A stretch of DNA of 64,000 nucleotides from Thermoplasmatota archaeon (GTDB lineage: Archaea > Thermoplasmatota > Thermoplasmata > UBA10834), in assembly GCA_040751795.1 (NCBI GenBank), contig JBFMHR010000003.1, positions 224,001-288,000 on the forward strand, given 5' to 3'. This document shows positions 39,922-49,855 of this stretch, piece after piece. The notes beneath the pieces were generated by a model, which had not been told where the DNA came from, ran no database searches, and saw only the letters and a program-made list of their open reading frames with translations. Positions within the stretch are counted from its first letter, which is position 1. Each line of letters opens with the position of its first letter. The translations under genes were made by a program, and so were the position numbers.

Positions 39922-42900
39922 ATGTCCGACGCTACCGGTGGCAGGAAGGCGATGCTCGTCCTTCTGGTGGACGACGATGCGGCCTACCTCGAGGTCCTGA
40001 AGTTCTTCCTGGAACGGGAGGGCGCCGCCGAGTGCGAGATGGCGACGTCGGCCAGGCAGGCCCTCGACCTCCTCGCCCAGGGAGAGTACGACGCGGTGGT
40101 CTCCGACTACCTGATGCCCGACATGGACGGGCTAGAGCTCCTCAAGATAGTCCGCCTCCAGGGGAAGGACGTCCCCTTCATCATGCTGACGGGGCGCGGG
40201 AGGGAGGACGTGGCGATAGAGGCCCTCAACAACGGGGCCGACTTCTACGTCCAGAAGGGCGGGGACCCCAAGACCCAGTTCACCGACCTCACGAACATGC
40301 TCCGCAGGTCCGTGATGCAGAGGCGGGCCGAGAGGGAGGTCCAGGAGGGGGAGAGGTTCCTCGGCAAGCTCTTCGAGAGCATCCAGGACGGGGTCAGCGT
40401 GGTGAACCGCGACATGGTTATTGAACGGGTCAACCCCGCCATGGAGAGGTGGTATCCAGGCTCCGCGCCCCTGGTTGGCAAGAGGTGCTACGAGGCCTAC
40501 CGCTCCCGGTCCTCCCCGTGTCCAGTCTGTCCGGTGGTCAACACCTTCAAGTCCGGGAGGCCGTGCTCGCAGCGCCTCGCGAAGATGGGCCCGGACGGCG
40601 AGGACGCGGGATGGCTCGAGGTCCACAGCTTCCCGGTCATCGATGGCCGGACCGGGGAGGTCGAGCAGGTCATCGAGTACCTGAGGGACGTGACCGAGCA
40701 GGAGGCCGCCAAGGACTCCTCCCAGATGAGCGAGCTCAGGTACAGGGCCCTCACCGACATCGCCAGCGACGGCGTCCTGGCCGTGGACCGGGCGGGGAAG
40801 ATCGTCTTCTCGAGCCCCCGAGTGACGGAGATCCTCGGGTATCTGCCGGAGGAGGTCGTGGGCGCCCCCTTCCAGTCGCTGGTCGACAGGGAGTGGCTGA
40901 GCGGGCCCGGGTCCGGGGCGCTCCACAAGGCGCTGGAGGGGCGCGAGCGAATCGAGATGAGGTTTGCGCGGAAGGACGGGACGCGGGCGGACGTGGTGGT
41001 GTCGTCGTCCCCGGTGTCCTCGGACCGCGGCGTCTTCGACGGCGCGATCGTCGCCATCGCCGACGTCGGCGGGCTGAGGGCGGCCGCCCGCGGGATCACG
41101 TTCTCGGAGGACAGTTACACCAGGGTGTTCCAGACGTCACCGCAGATGATCATGATCGCGCGCGTCTCGGACTCGGCGATACTGGAGGCGAACGACTCCT
41201 TCGCCAAGGCCACGGGGTACGCTCACGGACAGATGGTAGGCAGGAGCTTCAAGGAGCTCGGCATCGTGTCCGAGGACCTGGCCGCGCGCATCGAGCGCGC
41301 GCTCGTCGAGACGGGGCTGATCTTCGACATGGAGGCGGTCATGCACGCCGCCTCCGGAAAGGATATCCCGGTGAGGCTGTCCGCCTACAGGCTCCGTCTC
41401 GAGGGGGAGGAGTGCAGCGTCTTCCTATCCTGCGACATCTCGCTCGTCGAGAAGGGGTCCCACGAGATGGAGCACGAGAGGGATGTGCTGAAGGCCGTCC
41501 TGGAGTCGGCCCCCGACGGCATCCTGATAGCGTCCCTCGACGGCACGATCGTCGAGTGCAACGCCGCATTCCGCTCGCTGCTCGGGGGCATCCCAAAGGA
41601 ACATCTCGTCGGCAGGAGCGCCTACGCCCTGCTGGGCGAGAGCGAGGCCGCACTCGCCAAGAGGATCGAGGAGAAGCTGGTGCACGAGGGCATGGTGAGG
41701 GGGGTCGGCTTCACGTTCAACCGCAGCGACGGGATATCCGTGGACGCGGAGGTGTCCGCGGCGCTGGTCCGGGGCGCCAGGGGGAAGCCGTTGTACTACG
41801 TGGCCGCCGTGCGCGACATGACCGACGAGAAGAGGTACCGTGTCTCCCTCGAGAAGGCGCTCAGCGAGCGCAGGCAGATGGAGGCCATCATCGAGAGCAG
41901 CCAGGCCGTCGCCATAAGGTGGCTCGAGGAGCCGGGGTGGCCCGTGGACTACGTCTCGGAGAACGTCAGGAAGTTCGGCTACGAGGCGGCCGAGCTCACC
42001 TCCGGCGCCGTCGAGTTCCCGTCCATAATCCACCCGGACGACAGGGACCGTGTGGTCGCCGAGGCGGGGAGGTTCCTGGAGCAAGGGTCGGATGAGTTCG
42101 AGCAGGAGTACAGGATAGTCTCCCCCGAAGGGAAGGTCGCATGGATATACGACAGGACGACCGTCCTGAGGCGACCGGACGGCAGCGTGGAGGCGTGCCA
42201 GGGCGTCCTCGTCGACGTCACGGAGATGAGGGATGCCCTGGACAGGCTGTCGCGGACGGAGAGCCAGCTGGCCCTCTTCATGGACTATTCCCCCGTCATG
42301 AAGTTCATGAAGGACCGCTCGGGCAGGTACGTCTACGTGAACAGGAAGCTCTGCGAGGCGGTCGGCATATCCCCTGAGGAATGGCTGGGGAAGACCGACC
42401 TGGAGATATTCACCCCCGAGACGGCGAAGGGCCTGGCAGACGGCGACAGGACGGTGTTCGAGACGCGCCAGTTCGGGCTGTTCAACGAGGTCATCCCGAT
42501 GAAGGGCAGGCCGCGCGAGTTCCTCACCTACAAGTTCCTGGTCCCGAACACGGCCGGAGGGGACGACCTGCTGGCGGGTGTGTCGGTCGACCTGACCGAG
42601 GAGAGGAGCAGCGAGAGGGCCCTGAGGGCGGCGAACGACAAGCTCGAGCTCCTCGGCAGCATGACGCGCCACGACATCGCGAACCAGCTGGCCGTGCTCA
42701 CCGCCAGGGTGGAGATAGCACGCATGGGGGAGACAGACCCGGTGAGGCTCGCATCGTTCAACGAGATGCTCGCATCGTCCAACGCCATACAGGGCCTCCT
42801 CAACTTCGCATCCGAGTACCAGGAGATCGGGTCGAGGGAGCCGGCCTGGATCCCCGTGAGGCTGGCCTTCGCCGCCGGGGTGATAGGGCTCCCCATGCAG

Positions 42901-43278
42901 GGGGTGCGGGCGGACGTCGACGTGGGCGGCCTCGAGGTGTTCGCCGACCCGATGTTCGAGAGGGTCTTCAGGAACCTCGTGGACAACTCCCTGAGGCACG
43001 GGGAGAAGGTCTCGAGGGTGAGGCTGAGCGCTCGCCCCGACGGGAAGGACGTGGTCCTGGTGTACGAGGACGACGGGGTGGGCCTCTCGGCCGAGGCGAA
43101 GGCGCGCGTCTTCGAGAAGGGCTTCGGGAGGCACACGGGGCTCGGCATGTTCATGGTGCGCGGGGTCCTCGCGCTCACCGGGATGGAGATACGCGAGACG
43201 GGCGAGGAGGGTTCCGGGGCGAGGTTCGAGATACGGGTCCCCGAAGGCCGCTTCAGGGACCATGCCGGGAAGGGTTAA
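39922..43278 (+). CDS. Hybrid sensor histidine kinase (REC, about six PAS, kinase)
   Basis: LVDDD/SDYLMP receiver, repeated PAS/PAC, RHDIANQL H-box, NLVDNS, DDGVG, TGLGM. Confidence 0.92.
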   Translation: MSDATGGRKAMLVLLVDDDAAYLEVLKFFLEREGAAECEMATSARQALDLLAQGEYDAVVSDYLMPDMDGLELLKIVRLQGKDVPFIMLTGRGREDVAIEALNNGADFYVQKGGDPKTQFTDLTNMLRRSVMQRRAEREVQEGERFLGKLFESIQDGVSVVNRDMVIERVNPAMERWYPGSAPLVGKRCYEAYRSRSSPCPVCPVVNTFKSGRPCSQRLAKMGPDGEDAGWLEVHSFPVIDGRTGEVEQVIEYLRDVTEQEAAKDSSQMSELRYRALTDIASDGVLAVDRAGKIVFSSPRVTEILGYLPEEVVGAPFQSLVDREWLSGPGSGALHKALEGRERIEMRFARKDGTRADVVVSSSPVSSDRGVFDGAIVAIADVGGLRAAARGITFSEDSYTRVFQTSPQMIMIARVSDSAILEANDSFAKATGYAHGQMVGRSFKELGIVSEDLAARIERALVETGLIFDMEAVMHAASGKDIPVRLSAYRLRLEGEECSVFLSCDISLVEKGSHEMEHERDVLKAVLESAPDGILIASLDGTIVECNAAFRSLLGGIPKEHLVGRSAYALLGESEAALAKRIEEKLVHEGMVRGVGFTFNRSDGISVDAEVSAALVRGARGKPLYYVAAVRDMTDEKRYRVSLEKALSERRQMEAIIESSQAVAIRWLEEPGWPVDYVSENVRKFGYEAAELTSGAVEFPSIIHPDDRDRVVAEAGRFLEQGSDEFEQEYRIVSPEGKVAWIYDRTTVLRRPDGSVEACQGVLVDVTEMRDALDRLSRTESQLALFMDYSPVMKFMKDRSGRYVYVNRKLCEAVGISPEEWLGKTDLEIFTPETAKGLADGDRTVFETRQFGLFNEVIPMKGRPREFLTYKFLVPNTAGGDDLLAGVSVDLTEERSSERALRAANDKLELLGSMTRHDIANQLAVLTARVEIARMGETDPVRLASFNEMLASSNAIQGLLNFASEYQEIGSREPAWIPVRLAFAAGVIGLPMQGVRADVDVGGLEVFADPMFERVFRNLVDNSLRHGEKVSRVRLSARPDGKDVVLVYEDDGVGLSAEAKARVFEKGFGRHTGLGMFMVRGVLALTGMEIRETGEEGSGARFEIRVPEGRFRDHAGKG

Positions 43279-43309
43279 GATGCCCGAAACCCCTGGCGAC
43301 GGGGGGACC

Positions 43310-43984
43310 ATGGCAGGGGAGAGACACGCCGGAGGACGGCCGGGGCGCCGACTGAGGGTGCCCCGGAGGGTTATCGAGGCGGAGGCGTCGTGGGTCTCGT
43401 TCACCGTCCTCTTCTTCTGCACCGTCTACGTGGTGCTCAAGGTCGACCTGATGTGGTCGGTCTTCGGCATCGCCGCGATGTCCCTCTACGCCCTCCCGAT
43501 CGTCTCCACCCGGGACCCGTTCCAGGCCCTGCCGTGGGAGATGACCCTGCTCCTCTCCTCCCCGATAGTGCTGCACATCCTCGAGAGCTCCCGCACCCTC
43601 AGCGAGAGCTTCGCATGGTGGGACGACTTCACCTCCCTCTCGTTCGCGTTCTCGTTCGCGACGATAGGGTTCCTGCTGACGCTCGAGCTCCACATGTACA
43701 CGGAGGTCAGGATGAACAGGGCCTTCTCCGTGTTCTTCGTCGTCGTGTTCACCATGGCCGTGTCGGGGTTCTGGCAGATCGGCGAGTACCTCAGCGACGT
43801 CCTGTTCGACACTGACAACATCGCCTCCGGTGCCCAGGTCATGGAGGAGTTCCTCTGGGTCACGGCCGGGGGCCTCGCCATGGGCCTCGCGTACGGCGCG
43901 TACATGAAGGCCATGCCCCTGTCCAGGCGGCAGGTCCTGGGCCTCGTACATTTCTGGGAGGTGCCCGCGTGGAGGAGAAGCTGA
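43310..43984 (+). CDS. Multi-pass membrane protein (degenerate paralog of downstream gene)
   Basis: Hydrophobic; LPWE, WDDFTS, FWQIGEY align with the next gene. Confidence 0.75.
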   Translation: MAGERHAGGRPGRRLRVPRRVIEAEASWVSFTVLFFCTVYVVLKVDLMWSVFGIAAMSLYALPIVSTRDPFQALPWEMTLLLSSPIVLHILESSRTLSESFAWWDDFTSLSFAFSFATIGFLLTLELHMYTEVRMNRAFSVFFVVVFTMAVSGFWQIGEYLSDVLFDTDNIASGAQVMEEFLWVTAGGLAMGLAYGAYMKAMPLSRRQVLGLVHFWEVPAWRRS

Positions 43985-44670
43985 GGCTGATGTCCCGCGG
44001 GATGCAGGCGGGGATGTTGGGCGTCGTCGTGGGCGGCCTCGTGACGGACAACCTCACCTGGATCCCGGCTGCGGTCGCCTCCCTGGCCATCTCCGAGGTT
44101 CCGTCCCTTCTGAGGCGCGACCTGAGCATCGTGCTCCCGGTCGAGCTCAACCTGTGGATCGTCCTCGCCCTCTTCCTCCACGTGGTGGGCGGCGTCTCGG
44201 GCTTCTACGACTCCCTTCCGGGGTGGGACCATCTCACCCATGCGATGTCCTCCTCCCTGGTCGCCGCACTGGCCTTCGTCGCAGTCGTCGCCCTGGACAA
44301 GTACGTGGAGTCGATATACCTGCCGTCCGGGTTCCTCGCGCTCTTCATACTCATCTTCACGATGGCCATGGGCGTGTCCTGGGAGCTCATGGAGTACTCC
44401 TTCGACTCGGTCGCCGGCACCTACATGCAGTACTCCCTCTCGGACACGATGCTCGACCTCCTCTTCGACTGCTTCGCCGGCTTCGTGGTCGCATCCTACG
44501 GCGCATACTACCTCGAGCACACGAAGAGGGACCACTTCGTGGAGTCGCTCCAGCTGGACGCGGCGAGGGACAGGATCGCAGCGGCGATAAGGGCCTCCAG
44601 GGCCGGGGTCAGCGGCGCCCCGCCCCTCGGAGGGCTTCCTCCGCCCTCCGGAGGTCCTCCTTCGAGTTGA
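43969..44670 (+). CDS. Multi-pass membrane protein, DUF2238-like
   Basis: LHVVG, WDHLTH, WELMEY, DTMLDL motifs. Confidence 0.75.
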   Translation: MEEKLRLMSRGMQAGMLGVVVGGLVTDNLTWIPAAVASLAISEVPSLLRRDLSIVLPVELNLWIVLALFLHVVGGVSGFYDSLPGWDHLTHAMSSSLVAALAFVAVVALDKYVESIYLPSGFLALFILIFTMAMGVSWELMEYSFDSVAGTYMQYSLSDTMLDLLFDCFAGFVVASYGAYYLEHTKRDHFVESLQLDAARDRIAAAIRASRAGVSGAPPLGGLPPPSGGPPSS

Positions 44671-45223
44671 CGTTCCAGAAGCTGAGGAGCTGCCCGTCCA
44701 CGGCCCGGAGCTCGTCCTCTCCGACCCTCAGCAGGTCCATTCTCGCCAGGGCGTCCGCGACCTTCCCCCTCCCCGACGCGAGCTCCTCGGCGAAGGCCGC
44801 GAGCCCGGCCCCCCTCATGTAGACCGCCACCAGCGGCTCGAGGTACCCCCGGACCACCGGGACCGCCCCGTCCCTCCCGGCGGCCCGGCGGGCGAGGAGG
44901 GCCACGATGTCAGGCCTCAGGAACGGGACATCGCACGGGGCGACCGCCACGGAGCCGTGCCTCGCCTCCCTGAACGCGTTGCGCAGCCCCTCCAGCGGTC
45001 CCCTCCCGGCGGCGCGGTCCTCGACGACCGCGACCCCATGGCCGAGGACGCGCCGGTACTCGGGCCCGCGGCCCGGCCCGACGGCGACAGTGATGTCGTC
45101 CGCCACCTGGGAGAGTGCGTCCAGCACGCTCAGGACCATGGGGCGGCCGCAGAGCTCGACCAGCCCCTTCTCCCCCCCCATGCGGCTCCCGGCCCCGCCG
45201 GCCAGGACCACTCCCGAGAGCAT
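44609..45223 (-). CDS. mobA: Molybdenum cofactor guanylyltransferase
   Basis: LAGGAGSRMG, GPLEG, PCDVP, EPL, NVN. Confidence 0.9.
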   Translation of the reverse strand: MLSGVVLAGGAGSRMGGEKGLVELCGRPMVLSVLDALSQVADDITVAVGPGRGPEYRRVLGHGVAVVEDRAAGRGPLEGLRNAFREARHGSVAVAPCDVPFLRPDIVALLARRAAGRDGAVPVVRGYLEPLVAVYMRGAGLAAFAEELASGRGKVADALARMDLLRVGEDELRAVDGQLLSFWNVNSKEDLRRAEEALRGAGRR

Positions 45224-45342
45224 GCCGACAGGTATCCGGGTGGCTCGTAATCAACCTATCCGGCGGAGCGCACGCCGATGGAGCCAGCAGGCGGAAGGTA
45301 TTACTACCTCCGACCTGTTCCGCAGGTTTGAGGAGCGGGTCC

Positions 45343-46389
45343 ATGGCCAAGGTGACGATGGCCCAAGGGGCGGGCGGCGAACGGATGCAGGAGTTCATCC
45401 GCGAGTTCGTGCTGAAGGAGCTCGAGCACGACTTCGGCGAGATCCCCCTGGGCGCCCTCGACGACGCGGCGGTCGTGGACGGCATCGTGTTCACCACGGA
45501 CACCTACACCGTCAAGCCGCTCTTCTTCCCGGGAGGGGACATAGGCCGCCTCGCGGTCGCGGGCACCGTCAACGACCTGTCCGTGATGGGCGCGGCCCCG
45601 GTGGCCCTCTCCTGCGCGATGGTCATCCAGGAGGGTTTCCCGACCGACGACCTCCACACGATCATGAAGAGCCTCAGCTCGACCGCCAGGTCAGCCGGGG
45701 TGAGGATCGTCACGGGCGACACGAAGGTCGTCGAGAAGGGGGCCGTCGACGGCCTGTTCATAAACACGAGCGGCATCGGGAGGCGCTCCCCGCACCTGGA
45801 CCGCAACATCGCGGAGGTCAGGAGGTCGAGGGGCTTCAGGTGGGAGTGGCCCAACGACTCCGGCGTCGCCGACGGCGACATCATCATCGCGTCAGGGCCG
45901 ATCGGGAACCACGGCGTGGCGCTCCTCTCCTTCAGGGAGGGCTACGGGTTCGACACCGTCGTCAAGAGCGACGCGGCCCCGCTGAACCACCTCGTCGCGG
46001 AGGCGCTGAAGGTGGGGGGAGTCACCTCCATGAAGGACCCGACCAGGGGCGGCCTCGCGAACCTGCTCAACGAGTGGTCGGAGAAGTCCTCCGTAGGGAT
46101 CAGGGTCAGGGAGGAGGACATCCCGATGGACGGCCCCGTCCTCGCCGCCTGCGAGATGCTGGGGATAGACCCCCTCGAGGTCGGCAACGAGGGCAAGGTA
46201 GTCTTGGCCGTGGTCCCGGAGAAGGCGGAGGCGGTCCTCGAGGCGATCAGGGCCGTCCCTGAGGGGTCGAGGGCCGCGATCATAGGCGAGGCGAGGAAGG
46301 ACATCCGCGGCGTGATGATGGAGACGCACACTGGCGGGAAGAGGGTGCTGGAGCCGCCGGTGGGCGACCCGGTCCCGAGGATCTGCTAG
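45343..46389 (+). CDS. hypE: Hydrogenase maturation protein HypE
   Basis: TTDTY, GTVNDL, GDTKV, DPTRGG, C-terminal PRIC. Confidence 0.96.
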   Translation: MAKVTMAQGAGGERMQEFIREFVLKELEHDFGEIPLGALDDAAVVDGIVFTTDTYTVKPLFFPGGDIGRLAVAGTVNDLSVMGAAPVALSCAMVIQEGFPTDDLHTIMKSLSSTARSAGVRIVTGDTKVVEKGAVDGLFINTSGIGRRSPHLDRNIAEVRRSRGFRWEWPNDSGVADGDIIIASGPIGNHGVALLSFREGYGFDTVVKSDAAPLNHLVAEALKVGGVTSMKDPTRGGLANLLNEWSEKSSVGIRVREEDIPMDGPVLAACEMLGIDPLEVGNEGKVVLAVVPEKAEAVLEAIRAVPEGSRAAIIGEARKDIRGVMMETHTGGKRVLEPPVGDPVPRIC

Positions 46390-46856
46390 GCACTGCGCCT
46401 GACGAACTCGCGTTCTATCATGTCCACTATGGCCGGGAGGCTGGCCGCCACCCTCGGGGTGAGCCCCTCGCGGAAGTTGTCGACGTCCTCGGCCTCTATG
46501 GCCACGAAGAACACCTCCTTCGGCATCCTGTCGGGCACGACCTGCCTCCCCATGGCCAGGGCCGTGGGGATGTTGAAGCCGTGGGGCGAGGTCCCGTGGA
46601 CGGTCCTCCGGAAGTCCTCCTCCGTGAGTATGTAGTGGTCCCCCGGGGTGCCCCCCCTCGTCTGTATCGCGTCGATTATGACCACCCTGTCGTGGTCGAG
46701 GACCATGTCGAGGAGCTCGAGCCCGCTCGCCGGGAGCTCCTCTATCGACACGCCCTCCAAGCCCCGCTCCATGAGCATCCTGGCGGCGTATATCCCGACG
46801 CCGTCGTCAGAGAGCACGGGGTTCCCGACTCCCACGATGAGGGTCTTCACGGGCAA
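46386..46856 (-). CDS. Hydrogenase maturation endopeptidase (start 46856 TTG, or 46880)
   Basis: GVGNP..SDDGVG, IIDA, SPH; GAGGTG SD before TTG. Confidence 0.9.
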   Translation of the reverse strand: MPVKTLIVGVGNPVLSDDGVGIYAARMLMERGLEGVSIEELPASGLELLDMVLDHDRVVIIDAIQTRGGTPGDHYILTEEDFRRTVHGTSPHGFNIPTALAMGRQVVPDRMPKEVFFVAIEAEDVDNFREGLTPRVAASLPAIVDMIEREFVRRSA

Positions 46857-46935
46857 GGGTAGCACCTCATGCGTATTCATCCTGTCGGGGTGGAAAATCA
46901 TGGATGCGAGGGGCTCCCGCCCCTCGAGAGGTTTC

Positions 46936-48450
46936 TCAGAAGTTCCTGAGCTTCTCCGCGACCGAGCCGTCCGCCTTCCTGACGGTCACCTCTAGCGCCG
47001 GCCCGCCGTTCAGCGAGTGCGTGCCGCAGGAGTTGCAGGGGTCGTAGCACCTGAAGGCCATCTCGACCTTGTTGAGCAGCCCCTGCGAGACCATCCCGTT
47101 GTGGATGAGCGCCTTGGCCGCCTGCTTCACGCTCGTGTTCATGGCCGCGTAGTTGTTGGTCGTCGCGACGATCATGTTGATCTTGGTGCACAGGCCGTCC
47201 TTGTCGGAGGCGTAGTGGTGTATCAGCGTGCCCCTCGGGGCCTCGCATATGCCCACGCCCTCCTTGGGCGGGTTCCACGGCCCCCTGGTGTCGTCGCTGG
47301 TGATGCTCTTGTCCCTCGCGAGCTCGAGCATGCGCTCGGTGGCGTACTGGAGCTCTATCACGCGCGCCCAGTGGTACGCCAGGGTGTGGTGCACCGGCCC
47401 GGTGACGCCCAGGTCCCTCATGGTCTTCTTGAACGCCTCGTACTCGGCCTGCGCCAGGGGGGTCGTGTAGCCCTCGCAGACGTTGATCCTGCCGAGCGGT
47501 CCGACCCTGTATATGCCGCTGGAGGGGCCGGTGGTGAAGCCGTTCCAGCCCACGTTCTTGAGGTAGGGCATCTTCATGTAGGTCCAAGGCTCGACGTGCT
47601 CCGCTATGACGTCCAGGTACTCGCTGGGCTTGAACTTCACGACCTGCTTGCCCTTCTGGTCGACCACCCTTATGTCGCCGTCGTAGAACTGGCTCTTGTT
47701 GTTCTTGTCGACCATGCCCATGTAGTAGGTCTCGAGGTAGTATGCGTCCTGGTTGAGCACCAGGCCGAGGTAGTCCTTGTTCGCGAGCACGACGTCGTGG
47801 AAGAGCTTGATGGTGAACTTGCCGAACTCGACGCAGCTCTTGGCCATCTCCTCCATCTGCGCGCGCTCCTCCTCGGAGATCTGCTTCGAGACGCCCCCGG
47901 GGAGGCCGAACACGGGGTGCGTCGCCCTGCCCCCGATGATCTCCTGGATCTTCTGGCCGTAGGAGCGGTGCTTGATGACCTCGGCGCCGATCGGGACGCC
48001 CACGGCGTCGACGACCCCGAGGACGTTCCTCTTGTTCGACGGGGCCGACGGCCCGAGGACGAAGTCCGCGGCCGCGAGGGCGTAGAAGTGGGCTATGTGG
48101 CTGTGCGTGTACTGCCCCATGTAGAAGAGCTCCCTGAGCTTCTTCGCCGTGGCGGTCGGCTCTGCGCTGAACACGGCGTCCAGGGCCTTGGTGGACGCTA
48201 TGTGGTGGGCCGCCGGGCACACGCCGCAGAGCCTGTTCGTCAGGACGGGCAGCTCCTGCACGTGCCTGCCTATGCAGAACCTCTCGAAGCCCCTGAGCTC
48301 CGGGATCTGCATGTAGGCGTTGGAGACCTCCCCCTTGTCGTCAAGGAATATCTCTATCTTGCCGTGCCCCTCGAGCCGCGTCACGGGGTCGATCGTGATC
48401 TTCTTCTCCGTCGTCTTCACCGGTGTGTCGTTGATGATCGGTCCTGCCAT
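46936..48450 (-). CDS. mvhA: [NiFe] hydrogenase large subunit, MvhA type (group 3c)
   Basis: TRLEGH, RLCGVC, DPCNSCGTH plus cleavable tail. Confidence 0.93.
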   Translation of the reverse strand: MAGPIINDTPVKTTEKKITIDPVTRLEGHGKIEIFLDDKGEVSNAYMQIPELRGFERFCIGRHVQELPVLTNRLCGVCPAAHHIASTKALDAVFSAEPTATAKKLRELFYMGQYTHSHIAHFYALAAADFVLGPSAPSNKRNVLGVVDAVGVPIGAEVIKHRSYGQKIQEIIGGRATHPVFGLPGGVSKQISEEERAQMEEMAKSCVEFGKFTIKLFHDVVLANKDYLGLVLNQDAYYLETYYMGMVDKNNKSQFYDGDIRVVDQKGKQVVKFKPSEYLDVIAEHVEPWTYMKMPYLKNVGWNGFTTGPSSGIYRVGPLGRINVCEGYTTPLAQAEYEAFKKTMRDLGVTGPVHHTLAYHWARVIELQYATERMLELARDKSITSDDTRGPWNPPKEGVGICEAPRGTLIHHYASDKDGLCTKINMIVATTNNYAAMNTSVKQAAKALIHNGMVSQGLLNKVEMAFRCYDPCNSCGTHSLNGGPALEVTVRKADGSVAEKLRNF

Positions 48451-48456
48451 CTCATC

Positions 48457-49470
48457 TCACCCCTTCCTCTTGCGCTCCTTGACGGTCCTCCTCAGAGGGG
48501 ACTTCGGGAGCGTGAACGCATAGAAGGTCCCGAGCGGGTCCTTGACCTGCATCATCATTTCCATTATCTGCTCCTCATTTAACTTTGACTCCGAATCCGT
48601 GATGTTGAGGAGGGACGAGACGGCGCTCAGCATGCTCGCGCCCTGGTCCGTCACGGCCTTGGTCGGTCCCATGCAGCCCCTGCAGGGCATGTTCGCGTTC
48701 GGGCACATGGCGCCGCAGCCCGCCCTCGTCGCAGGGCCGATGCATATGATGCCCTGGTCGAGGAGGCACTTCTTCGGGTCCGCCTTGATCTCGTACGACT
48801 GGTAGATCTTGTCTATGCGCCTGTTCTTCTCGACCCTCTCCCTCTTGCACTCGTCGCACAGGGTCTTGTCGCTCGCTATGACCGTCCCCTTCGGGGGCAG
48901 CGGCGCCCCCTGCGTCACGTGCTTCGCGACCACGTCGACAGCCAGGGCGATCAGGTTCGTGGTCGGCGGGCAGCCCGGCATGAAGTAGTCGACGTCGACC
49001 ACCTCCTCCAGGGTCTTGACGTCGTCGTAGAACCTGGGCAGCTCGAGCTCGCCCTCGGGCACCTTCGTGTGCTCCTGGGGGTACGTGCCGGCCTTGTTGT
49101 CCGTGGACTGGGTCTTCTTGTACACGGTCTCGAAGACCTCCTCCCTGTTGGTGACGTTGCCCAGGCCGGGCGTGCCGCCGAAGCAGGCGCACGAGCCGAA
49201 GCTGATCAGCACGACCGACTTCTGCCTCAGGACCTTCGCCACGTGCTCGTTCTCGCTGTTCCTTATGGCGCCGTTGTAGAACGACACCGTGATCGACTTG
49301 TCGGGCATCTGCTCGATCTCGTGCAGCTTGCCGTCGAACCCTATCGGCCAGAACACGACGTCCGCTATCGCGTGGACGTCCAGGATCTTGGCGTCGATGT
49401 CCAGGAGCGCGACGTCGCAGCCGCCGCACCCTGCCCCCCAGTACTGCGCGATCTTGATCTTCTCAGCCAT
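48457..49470 (-). CDS. mvhG: [NiFe] hydrogenase small subunit
   Basis: CGGC, GSCA, PGCPP, CDEC, CIGPATRAGC, PCRGC. Confidence 0.93.
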   Translation of the reverse strand: MAEKIKIAQYWGAGCGGCDVALLDIDAKILDVHAIADVVFWPIGFDGKLHEIEQMPDKSITVSFYNGAIRNSENEHVAKVLRQKSVVLISFGSCACFGGTPGLGNVTNREEVFETVYKKTQSTDNKAGTYPQEHTKVPEGELELPRFYDDVKTLEEVVDVDYFMPGCPPTTNLIALAVDVVAKHVTQGAPLPPKGTVIASDKTLCDECKRERVEKNRRIDKIYQSYEIKADPKKCLLDQGIICIGPATRAGCGAMCPNANMPCRGCMGPTKAVTDQGASMLSAVSSLLNITDSESKLNEEQIMEMMMQVKDPLGTFYAFTLPKSPLRRTVKERKRKG

Positions 49471-49471
49471 C

Positions 49472-49855
49472 TCAGTTCACCTCTCCTGCACCCGTCTTCT
49501 TCAGCAAGGCCGCGTACTGAGGCGACTGGCCCTTCATCCCCGCCTGCTCGATGAGCCTCCACTTCTTGAGGGCGATGATGTGCCTGACGATCTCCGGCTT
49601 AGGTATGCCCGTGGCGTCGTGCAGCTCGTGCACGGTCCTCAGGCCCCGCTCCATCTCCATCAGGAGCGAGTTCCTCTCCAGGTCCACCGCTGCAGCCTTC
49701 TGCACGATGAAGCTGTACCTCGCGTCGGTGATCGCCTCGCCGAAGACGTTGCCGGATGTGGTGAGCTGCCCCTTCTTCCCGAGGAGCCACCTCACCCGCT
49801 CGCCCTCGACGGTCCTCCTGGCCGCCTCTATCCTGGCCTTCCTGTCCATCCTCAT
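49472..49855 (-). CDS. MvhD-associated protein with C-terminal winged helix
   Basis: Paralog of the C-terminal extension of 53336-54127; coupled to mvhD. Confidence 0.75.
   Translation of the reverse strand: MRMDRKARIEAARRTVEGERVRWLLGKKGQLTTSGNVFGEAITDARYSFIVQKAAAVDLERNSLLMEMERGLRTVHELHDATGIPKPEIVRHIIALKKWRLIEQAGMKGQSPQYAALLKKTGAGEVN

Noticed and set aside
37764-43278. Integrated element at the tRNA genes
   Set aside because: No integrase, no duplicated tRNA 3' end, no compositional shift seen
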